DNA from: a virus
Taxonomy: Duplodnaviria > Caudoviricetes
IMG/VR virus record: IMGVR_UViG_3300030376_000593
Span: 1 to 31,818 of that record
Strand: one strand, 5' to 3'
Length of the DNA stretch: 31,818 bases
Made by a program: the position numbers and the translations under genes. Each line of letters starts with the position of its first letter. Within the stretch, counting starts at the first letter, position 1. This document shows positions 17,462-26,388 of the stretch, in pieces. The notes below the pieces were generated by a model. It was not told the origin of the DNA. It ran no database searches and was given only the letters and a program-made list of their open reading frames with translations.

Positions 17462-18614
17462 ATTTTATAGCATACCTTCCATAATTAGGATATGATAGTT
17501 TATGAACTACACTATATCTTAATGCATCACAAAAGTGATTATTCAAATCAAGAGGTTTATTAGTAGGATTGTTATTTCTATCTTCAATATATTTATAGCT
17601 CTCTAATTCTCTTATTGCATTTATACTATCTTTTGTTACATGTAGTTTATATCTCCTGATCATGTCTATTCCATAATTGATCTCATACTTCTTTTTACCT
17701 TTTACATTCCAACCCATTCTATGTATCTCCTCTATACTTTTAGGTTCACTTGAATCTGCAAACACTTCATCTCTTTTATCTAATCCTAGTGATTCAAACT
17801 TTCTAGCTAAGTCCTGATTTGTTAGGCCCTTCTCATATAGTATCTCTTTCACATACATATTGTCTCCATCTATATAAGTTGCACACATAGCTGATGGATC
17901 AGATGCAAAGCCAAAGTCTAAACCATATGACATGAATCTAGCTGTTTCAGGAACTTCTTTACAAATATGGAACTTGAATATTAGAGATCTGTTTTGGCCT
18001 CTTAAACCTAATCCATATACTCTCCAGTATTCAGGATCACTATCTTTTAATCTCAGGAGTTCTTGTCTTAGTGTATCTGATATAAATGGATTCTGCATAA
18101 ATGTAGAAATGTGAAGCTCACAATCAGGCCTCTCTAATACCTTATCATATATCCAATGGAACTGATCATGTGGATTGTAATCTAAAATGATCCTACCATC
18201 TGTTCTAAATAATAGCTGAGACCATGCATCATAATCTATCTCATTGGCCTCATTAATGAATAGGAGATCTCTCTTTCTTCCTCTAACCCTAGATCCCATA
18301 TCTAAGCTAAAGAACTCTATAAGGTTTCCATTAAGCCAATACTCATTAGAAGTCTTGTTGTGGTATATCTCTGAGTACAGCTCATTCTGTTTAAGTATTT
18401 CAAGAAAGTCCCTAATGGTGGAACTTTTGAGAGATGGCAAAGTCCTTCTACAGATACTTATAACCTTTCCAGTATTCTTATTACAATAACTGAATATTAT
18501 CCAAATTAAGGTGTTGTATGTTTTACCTGATCTTGAAGAACCTTGAAGTGCTACTATTTTAGATGTGTTCTTTTCTAATACTTCAAATACAACATTAGTC
18601 TGTATCTGTTTCAT
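17460..18614 (-). CDS. terL: Terminase large subunit (PBSX/SPP1-like family)
   Basis: Walker A QGSSRSGKT, Walker B LLFINEANE, DYNP coupling motif, nuclease GLDFGF..DP and NHFCDALRY. Confidence 0.95.
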   Translation of the reverse strand: MKQIQTNVVFEVLEKNTSKIVALQGSSRSGKTYNTLIWIIFSYCNKNTGKVISICRRTLPSLKSSTIRDFLEILKQNELYSEIYHNKTSNEYWLNGNLIEFFSLDMGSRVRGRKRDLLFINEANEIDYDAWSQLLFRTDGRIILDYNPHDQFHWIYDKVLERPDCELHISTFMQNPFISDTLRQELLRLKDSDPEYWRVYGLGLRGQNRSLIFKFHICKEVPETARFMSYGLDFGFASDPSAMCATYIDGDNMYVKEILYEKGLTNQDLARKFESLGLDKRDEVFADSSEPKSIEEIHRMGWNVKGKKKYEINYGIDMIRRYKLHVTKDSINAIRELESYKYIEDRNNNPTNKPLDLNNHFCDALRYSVVHKLSYPNYGRYAIK

Positions 18615-18933
18615 CCTTTAGAATCTTAACTTCAAACATCTTGTCTCCTACTGTATCAACTTCTTGTCTTTCTATGTAACCTCTTTTCTTACCTTTAGTC
18701 TTTAGGTAAAATAGAATCTCAGCAGTTCTACCACTTTTAATATTAGATAGTAATTGATGTTCTGCAAAATCTAATAGGCCCTCTTTAACCTCATCTACCT
18801 TTCCTGAAAAATCATCATCCTTCATCCAATCATAATAAGTCTGTCTAGAGATCTGAGCAGCTTTACATGCCTTACTCACATTTCCCATCTTACTTGCAAA
18901 TACTTCTAAAAACTTTGATCTATCTTTTGCCAT
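18595..18933 (-). CDS. terS: Terminase small subunit
   Basis: N-terminal HTH (GNVSKACKAAQISRQTYYDW), FYLKTKGKKRGYIERQE motif, overlaps the terL start. Confidence 0.8.
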   Translation of the reverse strand: MAKDRSKFLEVFASKMGNVSKACKAAQISRQTYYDWMKDDDFSGKVDEVKEGLLDFAEHQLLSNIKSGRTAEILFYLKTKGKKRGYIERQEVDTVGDKMFEVKILKDETDTD

Positions 18934-19088
18934 CCTTTATTTAGTGAATCTTTTATCTTCTGTATTCTCTCTTTTGTATATTTTGATCTAGGTAATGTCT
19001 CATCTAGCTTATGTATTATTGAACTCTTGATTGTATAACAAGAAGAAAATAATAGTAAGAAAAATAAGATGAATCCCTTTTTTGTCAT
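18906..19088 (-). CDS. Small putative lipoprotein
   Basis: MTKK, hydrophobic stretch, lipobox FSSC. Confidence 0.55.
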   Translation of the reverse strand: MTKKGFILFFLLLFSSCYTIKSSIIHKLDETLPRSKYTKERIQKIKDSLNKGWQKIDQSF

Positions 19089-19095
19089 TTTTATG

Positions 19096-19539
19096 TCAAG
19101 TTTGTAAACCTTCCTTGCTTATTTGTATAATAGATTCTTCATACATTTCTTTAACAATTGTTGATAACTTTAATAGATCTTCTTCTGAAAGATACTTTAG
19201 TTTAGGTTTAATAAAGTCTATTCTTGATGCTGCTACATCTTCTTCTAGATCAATTATTATAGCACAATACCATTCTTCTAAGTTCTGATTATACTGTTTG
19301 TATATATCAAATGATTTTAAGCTATGTATTACACTTGCATGAGTTATGTAATATCCATACTCCTCTCCTATCTCCATAATCTCTCTAAGGTTAAACCTAT
19401 AGAATTTACTGAGTACTGTATATAATAGAGACCTTATCTCTACTGTTTCCCTTCTTCTTGTATTCTCAAAGATCTCTAAACCTGATAATGCTTGTATCTC
19501 ATCTATCAGATTTCTGATCCTACCCTTTGTCCTTATCAT
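19096..19539 (-). CDS. DNA-binding protein with DnaA domain IV-like HTH
   Basis: TRRRETVEIRSL ... L.EI ... THASVIHSLK resembles the DnaA C-terminal R...V..R ... DHTTV.H signature. Confidence 0.6.
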   Translation of the reverse strand: MIRTKGRIRNLIDEIQALSGLEIFENTRRRETVEIRSLLYTVLSKFYRFNLREIMEIGEEYGYYITHASVIHSLKSFDIYKQYNQNLEEWYCAIIIDLEEDVAASRIDFIKPKLKYLSEEDLLKLSTIVKEMYEESIIQISKEGLQT

Positions 19540-19813
19540 TTTTCTCTAATTTAATTTGTAATGCTGCTAATGCTCTCCATGCTACTTTAGCTAAATGATA
19601 ACATCCATCATCATCTTTCTTATCAGCTTGTAGTAGATGTCTTGTTAGAGCATCTAGGTTATCTGTACTTTTACTCTTATCCCAATGTATAGGAAGTCCT
19701 TTATTGTGTTGATCATTTCCAATCTTACTCACTTTTGATACTTCCATTAAAGCATCAGGAAAGTAATTGATTACACCTGTCCATACTGGATAATCTTTTC
19801 TATTCTTACTCAT
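19520..19813 (-). CDS. dATP/dGTP diphosphohydrolase N-terminal domain-like protein (DUF5664-type)
   Basis: FPDAL.EV.KVS..G..QH...W, DAL.RHL and HLA.VAWRALA.L motifs. Confidence 0.65.
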   Translation of the reverse strand: MSKNRKDYPVWTGVINYFPDALMEVSKVSKIGNDQHNKGLPIHWDKSKSTDNLDALTRHLLQADKKDDDGCYHLAKVAWRALAALQIKLEKNDKDKG

Positions 19814-20490
19814 AGCAATTTTAATTGATTCTTTAGTAGGCTATATCTTTTTAAGGCCCCCTCATAGTAATCATTATCTATTTCAAAAGCATCTAAATCA
19901 TATCCTTCAATATGACAAGCAATACTTATAGTGCCACTTCCTAAATGAGTATCTAAGATCTTATAACCTTCTTTTGCATATTTCTTTAATAACCATCTAT
20001 ATAATTTAACTGGCTTTTGTGTAGGATGGAATCTGCCCCCATTGTTTTGGTTATCTGATAATGCAGCACCCCTTGACATATCAAATATTCTCATTGCAGT
20101 ATTTTTTTTACTATACCAAGCTAACTCACCATCTGCTAAGCTAAATTCTCTTTGTTGTTTATTCCAAATAATAAAGCTATTACTAAATTGCCATAGATAA
20201 TCAAAGTAATTACCACCCCAAATTATTTGTGCCTTACTAACCCTAAATAATTCATCAAAATATTCTTTACTTGGTGTTTCTTGATCCCAGTCAGTCTGCT
20301 TATAAAGTTTATATCCCCTTCCTGATTTTGTTTTTCCTTTAGCTTTTAATCTGCTTAAAGCAGCATCATTATGCTTTTGATCAGCTTGTATTCCATAAGG
20401 AGGATCAGTAATAGCTAGATCATAACTATTATCCTTCATAGCTTTCATAGCTTCAAGACAATCTTGATTATATAAATTTATGCTACTCAT
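19810..20490 (-). CDS. DNA methyltransferase, N6-adenine/N4-cytosine, beta class
   Basis: DLAITDPPY catalytic motif precedes HPTQKP and the LDTHLGSGT SAM-binding motif. Confidence 0.92.
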   Translation of the reverse strand: MSSINLYNQDCLEAMKAMKDNSYDLAITDPPYGIQADQKHNDAALSRLKAKGKTKSGRGYKLYKQTDWDQETPSKEYFDELFRVSKAQIIWGGNYFDYLWQFSNSFIIWNKQQREFSLADGELAWYSKKNTAMRIFDMSRGAALSDNQNNGGRFHPTQKPVKLYRWLLKKYAKEGYKILDTHLGSGTISIACHIEGYDLDAFEIDNDYYEGALKRYSLLKNQLKLL

Positions 20491-20986
20491 ATATTCTCAT
20501 TCTATTTTTATTCTTTTCTAATGGCCTTAAATTACTAAAATGGTTAATTAACTCAAAGTCCTGCTCATCTCTAACTCTAAATAATTCTATCTCATGATCA
20601 AGCTCCCAGTATACTCCATAATTATTCCAGTTCATTTCACCTTCAAACTGGCTCTCTATAAACTCACCTAAATACTTAACAGAACATCCTAGAATAGTTT
20701 GATAACTCTTTGTGATATTTAGCTTATTCTTTATTTTACATTTAGAGGCCCTACTAATATAGTTTTTAAACATTCTTTTAACTGGATCCCTTCTTATGTT
20801 CCTGACATATTTCCTATCATACTCTCTAGCTTTCTCTAGATTCTCTGATCTCCATTTATTATTGTATTGCCTCTTGCAATCTTTACATCTTCCATCATAG
20901 CCATCCTTACTGTCTGACTTGATATGGAAATTACTAATATCCTTTACCTTGTTGCACCTGCAACATCTCTTTTCTGCACCACCCAT
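20483..20986 (-). CDS. HNH-type endonuclease with N-terminal zinc finger
   Basis: KRCxxC...CKDC zinc module; MNWNNYG.YWELDH ... NHFSNLRPL...N nuclease motif. Confidence 0.75.
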   Translation of the reverse strand: MGGAEKRCCRCNKVKDISNFHIKSDSKDGYDGRCKDCKRQYNNKWRSENLEKAREYDRKYVRNIRRDPVKRMFKNYISRASKCKIKNKLNITKSYQTILGCSVKYLGEFIESQFEGEMNWNNYGVYWELDHEIELFRVRDEQDFELINHFSNLRPLEKNKNRMRIYE

Positions 20987-21000
20987 CTTTCATAATTATC

Positions 21001-21165
21001 CTATCCTACTTTACCAGTAAATACCCAAAACAAAAAATTGATTATTAGTATTGCTACAAATGTACCTATTGGTAATCCATAACAAATATACTTTTTTATT
21101 CTTTTTTGAAACTCTATATCTTTTCTTGTTGTCTTTAAATACTTTCTAATTATTTTTCTACTCAT
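21001..21165 (-). CDS. Small membrane protein (about 54 aa)
   Basis: Likely start MSRKIIRK at an ATGA overlap; basic N-terminus and one C-terminal hydrophobic helix. Confidence 0.6.
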   Translation of the reverse strand: MSRKIIRKYLKTTRKDIEFQKRIKKYICYGLPIGTFVAILIINFLFWVFTGKVG

Positions 21166-21935
21166 AGTTCTATGTTTATATAATACTGGTCTAAATCTGT
21201 TTCCTGCATAAACCATTCCTCATATGTTCTTAATGCTGCTTTAACTTTCATCATACCTCTCTCATAAAACTGGTCTGTTACTTGTGCATATCCTATATCA
21301 AGTGATCCTTTATCTATAACTATGAATCCCATCTTACTTGGTAATATATCAAATAACTGGCAATATATAAAAGCCTGAACATCATATCCATATTTATCTG
21401 CTGAATACTTCCAACCTGAGAGTGAACTTGTACTTTTAAGATCATACATAGATGATCCATTAGTTAATATGTCAGCTTTTGCTCTAAATGGAAATCCATC
21501 AATCTCTCCAATTTCTGCTACTTCAAATTCTGAATCAGACATTTTCTCTAACACCATTTCATTTCTAAGTAGAGCATCAGCCAACCTTTCTGCATCTCTT
21601 TTTTCTTTCATAGTATATACCCTACCATGTTCTTTAACTGCATCTTTATATTTCTTTGTGTTCTTACTCTGTACATCAACAAAGTGGAGAGCTTCAAATT
21701 TATGAGGTTCTAGAACTACAGCATGGAATAGAGAGCCATCCCTTAATGGCTGACTTTCTGATTGGCCATAATCCAGTATATGCTTATATGTTTTAGGTGA
21801 AGATAATAAATGCTTTATAGTTGTTGAACTAAAGGCATACTTTTGTAAGTAGCTATAGTAAAAATTATCATCATATGCTTTTTTAATTAGGTCATCTCTA
21901 TCATAAGATTTCCCATCTAATAATGTTATTTTCAT
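21162..21935 (-). CDS. RecE/exonuclease VIII-like PD-(D/E)XK nuclease (DUF3799-type)
   Basis: SST.IK.LL.SP, G..FH..VLEP, FRAKADIL, YDLKST and YGYD.QA..Y motifs. Confidence 0.8.
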   Translation of the reverse strand: MKITLLDGKSYDRDDLIKKAYDDNFYYSYLQKYAFSSTTIKHLLSSPKTYKHILDYGQSESQPLRDGSLFHAVVLEPHKFEALHFVDVQSKNTKKYKDAVKEHGRVYTMKEKRDAERLADALLRNEMVLEKMSDSEFEVAEIGEIDGFPFRAKADILTNGSSMYDLKSTSSLSGWKYSADKYGYDVQAFIYCQLFDILPSKMGFIVIDKGSLDIGYAQVTDQFYERGMMKVKAALRTYEEWFMQETDLDQYYINIEL

Positions 21936-22225
21936 TCTTGTAATTTTAATGTTACTGTTATATATAATCTATCTCTATCTACATGGTAGAATTTTCCTAT
22001 AACCCTACCTAGTAGTTCTATGTTCTGAAATGTTATTAATACTTCTTCATACATATTTGGTATTGCCTCATAATCCAACCATATAGCATTAAGTTGATCT
22101 ATTATTAGATTCTCAATATCTACCTCAGCACCTACATAAATTGTATCAGGATCAAATTCTAACTCTACTCCTAACTCAATCTTTTTTGGTTTGTAATTTG
22201 GATTCAGCTTTTCTAGCTCTCTCAA
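21932..22225 (-). CDS. Hypothetical protein
   Basis: 97-aa ORF in operon orientation with ATGA coupling downstream. Confidence 0.6.
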   Translation of the reverse strand: MRELEKLNPNYKPKKIELGVELEFDPDTIYVGAEVDIENLIIDQLNAIWLDYEAIPNMYEEVLITFQNIELLGRVIGKFYHVDRDRLYITVTLKLQE

Positions 22226-22508
22226 CTGCTCTTAATTTATCATTTTTATATTCATCTATACTCAACATCAAAAGATGTCTCTCATTCTGCAATTCATTAA
22301 CATATAATTGTATTCCAATTACTGCACTTGTAAACTGCTTCAATCTTTTACTGGATGGATCTTTATCCCTCCAAATAGCTAACATGCTATTTACTGTCTC
22401 AGAATTAACTAAGAACTGTAGATCTTTTAAATTGTCTAGCTTTTTACTAACCAATTCTCTATCTATATCTTTATGTGGCAAATTAATAGTGAAATCTAAA
22501 TCTTTCAT
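22176..22508 (-). CDS. Hypothetical coiled-coil protein
   Basis: 110 aa, C-terminal DKLRAVERARKAE helix. Confidence 0.7.
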   Translation of the reverse strand: MKDLDFTINLPHKDIDRELVSKKLDNLKDLQFLVNSETVNSMLAIWRDKDPSSKRLKQFTSAVIGIQLYVNELQNERHLLMLSIDEYKNDKLRAVERARKAESKLQTKKD

Positions 22509-22953
22509 AATTTTTAATATCTGATTCTTTAACTTTAATTATAACATCTTTGTTACCTTTTCTAGTATACAGACAATGGTAATCAGATTTGTTTTTACAT
22601 ATATCTGTAAACTGTTTTATATACTCAACTAATTTAAGTCTATTATAAAATACATAGGCACTAATATCTAAATATTCTATAACAATAAACTTAGCTTTTC
22701 CTAACAATGATCCTTTACCACCAAACACATTTGTTTTTTCTAACCATACTGCATCAGTATTCTTATCTCCCTTCAGATCTACTGGTGTATTATCTCCTAC
22801 AATAAAGTCTATATGATCAAACCTATCAGTCTCCTCTGTTGTTTTCTCTGCTCCTATTCCTATCTTATCCATATATTCTTTAAATCTTTTTTCTGATGCC
22901 TCTCCTTTTTTCCAGTTCTCTTTATTCTGATAACTCTTAGGATGATATACCAT
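22483..22953 (-). CDS. Putative PD-(D/E)XK nuclease
   Basis: G...E..F, D...HIDF, VDLKG and WLE..NV.G..G.L.G.A pattern. Confidence 0.6.
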   Translation of the reverse strand: MVYHPKSYQNKENWKKGEASEKRFKEYMDKIGIGAEKTTEETDRFDHIDFIVGDNTPVDLKGDKNTDAVWLEKTNVFGGKGSLLGKAKFIVIEYLDISAYVFYNRLKLVEYIKQFTDICKNKSDYHCLYTRKGNKDVIIKVKESDIKNYERFRFHY

Positions 22954-23194
22954 TTTTATATAGTTGATTAATATCTTCTATCCATTTATTAATTGTGTCC
23001 ATCTTCTTTGCACCACCACACCCACAAGGTTCATTGTATGTATGTTCAAAGTACTTTGCATGTAATTTAAATACAATCTTCAAATCTTCTTCTTTAAATC
23101 CTTCAGATAATAAAACCTTGAAGCTAGTCCATTTATCATAATCTTCCTTGTTTAATTTCTTTTCAAGTAATTTCTTATAACTTTTTAATCCCAT
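22937..23194 (-). CDS. Hypothetical protein (PCGC motif)
   Basis: 85 aa in operon; LHAKYF.H...PCGC. Confidence 0.7.
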   Translation of the reverse strand: MGLKSYKKLLEKKLNKEDYDKWTSFKVLLSEGFKEEDLKIVFKLHAKYFEHTYNEPCGCGGAKKMDTINKWIEDINQLYKNGISS

Positions 23195-23426
23195 CTTTTG
23201 TAAATATATATTTGTTTAACTCATCTTTCCTTTTATCACATCCACAATCTTTATGTCCAAATACAGATGCTATAGCTTTTGCTATTCTCTTTCCATAACC
23301 AAAGGTTATTGTTTTAATTATCTTTTCTACTAAGTTTCCCAACTTCATTTCTTTCTTTCTTTTTTGTCCTCTTGCCATTCTATATCCATTTAAAAAATAT
23401 CTTTTAATACCTTTCTCTATTTTCAT
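23175..23426 (-). CDS. Hypothetical protein (DCGCDKRK motif)
   Basis: LG..VEKI...T...DCGCDKRKDELNK; start could alternatively be at 23348. Confidence 0.7.
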   Translation of the reverse strand: MKIEKGIKRYFLNGYRMARGQKRKKEMKLGNLVEKIIKTITFGYGKRIAKAIASVFGHKDCGCDKRKDELNKYIFTKDGIKKL

Positions 23427-23908
23427 AATCCTAACTTTCTCTTTAAATGTTTCTTTACATTTCTGTAAGTGTTATACAAACTAATATATGTTATTGTTGA
23501 CTTTCTACTTAACTCACTTATCTTAGTTCCTGAAGCAATTATTTCAAACACCTTTTGATCATACCAATGTAGCTTTTCAAATTCTTCATTAAACTCTTTC
23601 TCTAATCTTTTAAATTCTACTGGTTCTGATCCTTCAATATGTATTAGGTTATCTTCATCTATAAATCTTATCCTGCTTTGTTTCTTTTTAAGTTGTAAAA
23701 ACATTGTATAAAGTATCTTGAAAATATAATAGTAATTAAGGTCATCTTTACCATAGGTTATATCTGTTCCTTTTTCTGTTATATCATGTAATTTTATATA
23801 CATCTCTTGTACTATATCTTCACTTGTCTGTTTATCTAGGCCAAAGCTCTTACAGATATTTACCCAAGTCTTATGTTTTTTGTATGCTTTCTCCAGTATG
23901 TTCATCAT
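23423..23908 (-). CDS. Phage-encoded RNA polymerase sigma factor (ECF sigma70-like)
   Basis: Region-2-like SEDIVQEMYIKL and region-4-like L.WYD..VF......I.ELSR...I...S.YNT HTH; 161 aa. Confidence 0.75.
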   Translation of the reverse strand: MMNILEKAYKKHKTWVNICKSFGLDKQTSEDIVQEMYIKLHDITEKGTDITYGKDDLNYYYIFKILYTMFLQLKKKQSRIRFIDEDNLIHIEGSEPVEFKRLEKEFNEEFEKLHWYDQKVFEIIASGTKISELSRKSTITYISLYNTYRNVKKHLKRKLGL

Positions 23909-24794
23909 TCATCATGTCTATCATATTCTCTCCTTCTATACTAAAGCCAACATTATTAATTAAACTTCTGATTCTTACTGGTGAGTCAAGACTTGTGGGC
24001 ATCATTCCAGTATCAGTATCTTTAACTTTTCTAATATGTATATGTGTTACCATCCAGTCTAGAGCTGATTGGATATATCTGTGAATCACAATAAAATTAT
24101 CACACCTATTTCCAAATTTACCACCTCCTTCACAATCTGACATCATAGGAGGAACTGGATGTCCTGCATAATCATGCTGAGATCCATGTAATCTTCTTAG
24201 GCTTTCTGTAACTGCATGTACTGATAACCATAATGCAACTCCAGTCTTATGACAAAACATTCTCATATCTGAACAAGCCTTGTAATCATGCTCATGCATA
24301 CCTAAACTCCTAGCCATATCTCTATCCTTTTCTAAGGAGTTATATGGATCAATAAAGAATCCCTGATAATCCCAACTCTTTTTTATTTCTGTTCCTAGAT
24401 CTAATAGCTTAGTATAAGTATACTGTTCATCTATACTTATAAATTTAAAATGAAGGTCTACCCATTTACTTCCTTCTTTCAACTTTCCTTCATCAATTTT
24501 GTTAATGGGCATACCCTCTTTATATTCTAGTAGTTTTCTTAAAATAGAATATGGTTCATTCTCACCAGTATATATCAAAAACTTTAGATCATGTTTAAGT
24601 GCATATAGGAACATAAAAAAAAGGACAGAGTGTGTCTTACCAACATTACTATGCCCTAAAAATATATTAAATGTACCTTTTTTAAATCTGAAGTATGTAT
24701 CAAATGACTTAATACCTAGAGCTAAACCTTCCTTAATCTCACCATTTCTGATTTTATGTATTTGATTAAGTTGGTCTTTAATCTCTAGTATCAT
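23871..24794 (-). CDS. SF4 (DnaB/Twinkle-like) replicative helicase, no primase domain
   Basis: Walker A GHSNVGKT, Walker B FFIDPYN, SVH, D.EGGGKF.NRCD....IHR and KVK motifs. Confidence 0.8.
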   Translation of the reverse strand: MILEIKDQLNQIHKIRNGEIKEGLALGIKSFDTYFRFKKGTFNIFLGHSNVGKTHSVLFFMFLYALKHDLKFLIYTGENEPYSILRKLLEYKEGMPINKIDEGKLKEGSKWVDLHFKFISIDEQYTYTKLLDLGTEIKKSWDYQGFFIDPYNSLEKDRDMARSLGMHEHDYKACSDMRMFCHKTGVALWLSVHAVTESLRRLHGSQHDYAGHPVPPMMSDCEGGGKFGNRCDNFIVIHRYIQSALDWMVTHIHIRKVKDTDTGMMPTSLDSPVRIRSLINNVGFSIEGENMIDMMNDEHTGESIQKT

Positions 24795-24800
24795 TCTTTT

Positions 24801-25088
24801 CTAAAATGGAACTTCATCCAAATCTCTGTCAGGATTATGTTCTGTAGTTGTTACTTTTTTTTCAGGTGTAAATTCACTATGTGGAATATACATCTTTCCA
24901 TTCTTACTTTTTAATACATCCATAGATAGGTACCCATTATTTTTTTTAACAAAGGATTGAACAAATGGATTTTCTAGATATTCCATAAATCTATCTACAT
25001 GCATCCTCTGTTTTACTATTACAAAATCTTTAGGAGATTCATCTAAATATACACCTCCTACAAAATCAGGTTTCTTGTCTTGTGCCAT
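24801..25088 (-). CDS. Putative ssDNA-binding protein
   Basis: 95 aa ending in the SSB-like acidic tail DLDEVPF. Confidence 0.5.
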   Translation of the reverse strand: MAQDKKPDFVGGVYLDESPKDFVIVKQRMHVDRFMEYLENPFVQSFVKKNNGYLSMDVLKSKNGKMYIPHSEFTPEKKVTTTEHNPDRDLDEVPF

Positions 25089-25089
25089 C

Positions 25090-25641
25090 TTAATTTGGTT
25101 TAGTTATTAGTTCTTTAAAAATTATATTAGCAGCAGAGGCACATTGGTTCAGCATGAATTTCTGTCTATCAGAAAATACTGGCCCAGTCATAGCTCCACT
25201 TTTATCAAACTTTACTTCTGAAAGATCAGAGTGTTCTTGAAACTCTGCTGAACATACTAATGCTACAACATTATTCCACCCAACAGATCTAGCTATAGAT
25301 TCTTGTTGAGACATAGCACCACTAGATGATGCTGTATTATTTGTGTTATTATTATTATTTGCCATTGTATTGTAATTACTTTTTTGGTTAAATTCTTTTT
25401 CTATTTTTGCAAAAATTTGTCCCTCTTTTTTATAAGAGTATTTTACTTCATCACCTATATTATATGAATCTATTGTCTCTTGCTTTTTTGCAAGGAACTC
25501 AGGTTTCTCTCCATTTTCTAAATGAAGTTTGTATTTTAGATAGGTATGATCTCCATTAGACCATGTACTATCTTTATCCTCTTTAGGATAATCTTCTATA
25601 AACTTTATCTTGCTAGTTTTGATATTCTTGGATGCCATCAT
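25090..25641 (-). CDS. Putative ssDNA-binding/annealing protein
   Basis: Beta-rich N-domain, Asn-rich linker and QESIARSV helix, located in the replication cluster; function is inference. Confidence 0.4.
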   Translation of the reverse strand: MMASKNIKTSKIKFIEDYPKEDKDSTWSNGDHTYLKYKLHLENGEKPEFLAKKQETIDSYNIGDEVKYSYKKEGQIFAKIEKEFNQKSNYNTMANNNNNTNNTASSSGAMSQQESIARSVGWNNVVALVCSAEFQEHSDLSEVKFDKSGAMTGPVFSDRQKFMLNQCASAANIIFKELITKPN

Positions 25642-25903
25642 AAATTATTTTAGGATTAATCTTTTTTTTTAAGTCATCATTTGACTGTTTCCAATCTTGG
25701 AATACATTATTTAGAGCTTCAACTTTTGCTTCAAGTTCAGCTATTCTGATTTTGTGTCCAGTATTTTCTCTAAGTAATTCTCTACATTCAGAATACATTT
25801 CTTTGTAGAGTTTATGCAGACTGTCAAATCTATCTTTGTAGTCTTTGATTAGGCTGTCTTTTGCAGTAGGTTCTTCACCTTTATTATTAAAAAATATACT
25901 CAT
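25613..25903 (-). CDS. Hypothetical coiled-coil protein
   Basis: 96 aa heptad pattern (RIAELEAKVEALN). Confidence 0.7.
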   Translation of the reverse strand: MSIFFNNKGEEPTAKDSLIKDYKDRFDSLHKLYKEMYSECRELLRENTGHKIRIAELEAKVEALNNVFQDWKQSNDDLKKKINPKIIYDGIQEYQN

Positions 25904-25947
25904 TGTGTTTTTCTATATAGCTAATATACTACTTTATTTATTATATA

Positions 25948-26340
25948 TTATAGTTTTGCTAATAAAGTTTTAAAATGTTTTATCTTTTCCTGAAGTTCAT
26001 CTGTGGAGAATTTACATGTCTCCCTTGATTTTATTAATAACTCACTAGCTTTATCTGTATGGTATTTTTCATTTATAAATAATGCATACTCATATTGTCT
26101 CCCTGCTAAAAATGTATTATCATATGCTGACTGTAAATGTACATTCTCAGGATCCCATCTTGTACACATAAATCTTCTGCTAATAAAATGTCCTGCATGG
26201 CCTTTACTTTTATGTATTGTTTTTCCTGAAGTACAACATTTACCATAACCTCTTTTATCAGTATCTCTTTCTCTAATATATTCTGAGAATATCTTATCTA
26301 ACTTTCTTACTAATGTTTTTCTTTTAATTTTTCTAGGCAT
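25948..26340 (-). CDS. ninG: NinG/Rap-like recombination endonuclease
   Basis: LD.IFS.YIR.RD, AGHFISR....TRWD..NVH.Q...N motifs. Confidence 0.8.
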   Translation of the reverse strand: MPRKIKRKTLVRKLDKIFSEYIRERDTDKRGYGKCCTSGKTIHKSKGHAGHFISRRFMCTRWDPENVHLQSAYDNTFLAGRQYEYALFINEKYHTDKASELLIKSRETCKFSTDELQEKIKHFKTLLAKL

Positions 26341-26353
26341 TTAACTAAGGTAC

Positions 26354-26387
26354 AAAAAAAAAGCAGGTAGATCTTAACCCTGCTTTT
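26354..26387 (-). terminator. Rho-independent terminator between the early unit and ninG
   Basis: AAAAGCAGG-N11-CCUGC followed by 9 U on the minus strand. Confidence 0.8.
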
Positions 26388-26388
26388 G

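Noticed and set aside
19520-19813. Z-genome (2-aminoadenine) or 7-deazaguanine modification pathway
   Set aside because: No PurZ, DatZ, DpdA, Que/Fol genes or phage DNA polymerase recognised.
25921-26352. TAnnTTAG boxes before 25903 and 26340 as host promoters
   Set aside because: They resemble the -7 element with one mismatch but have no TTTG at the proper spacing; plausible but not supportable as features.
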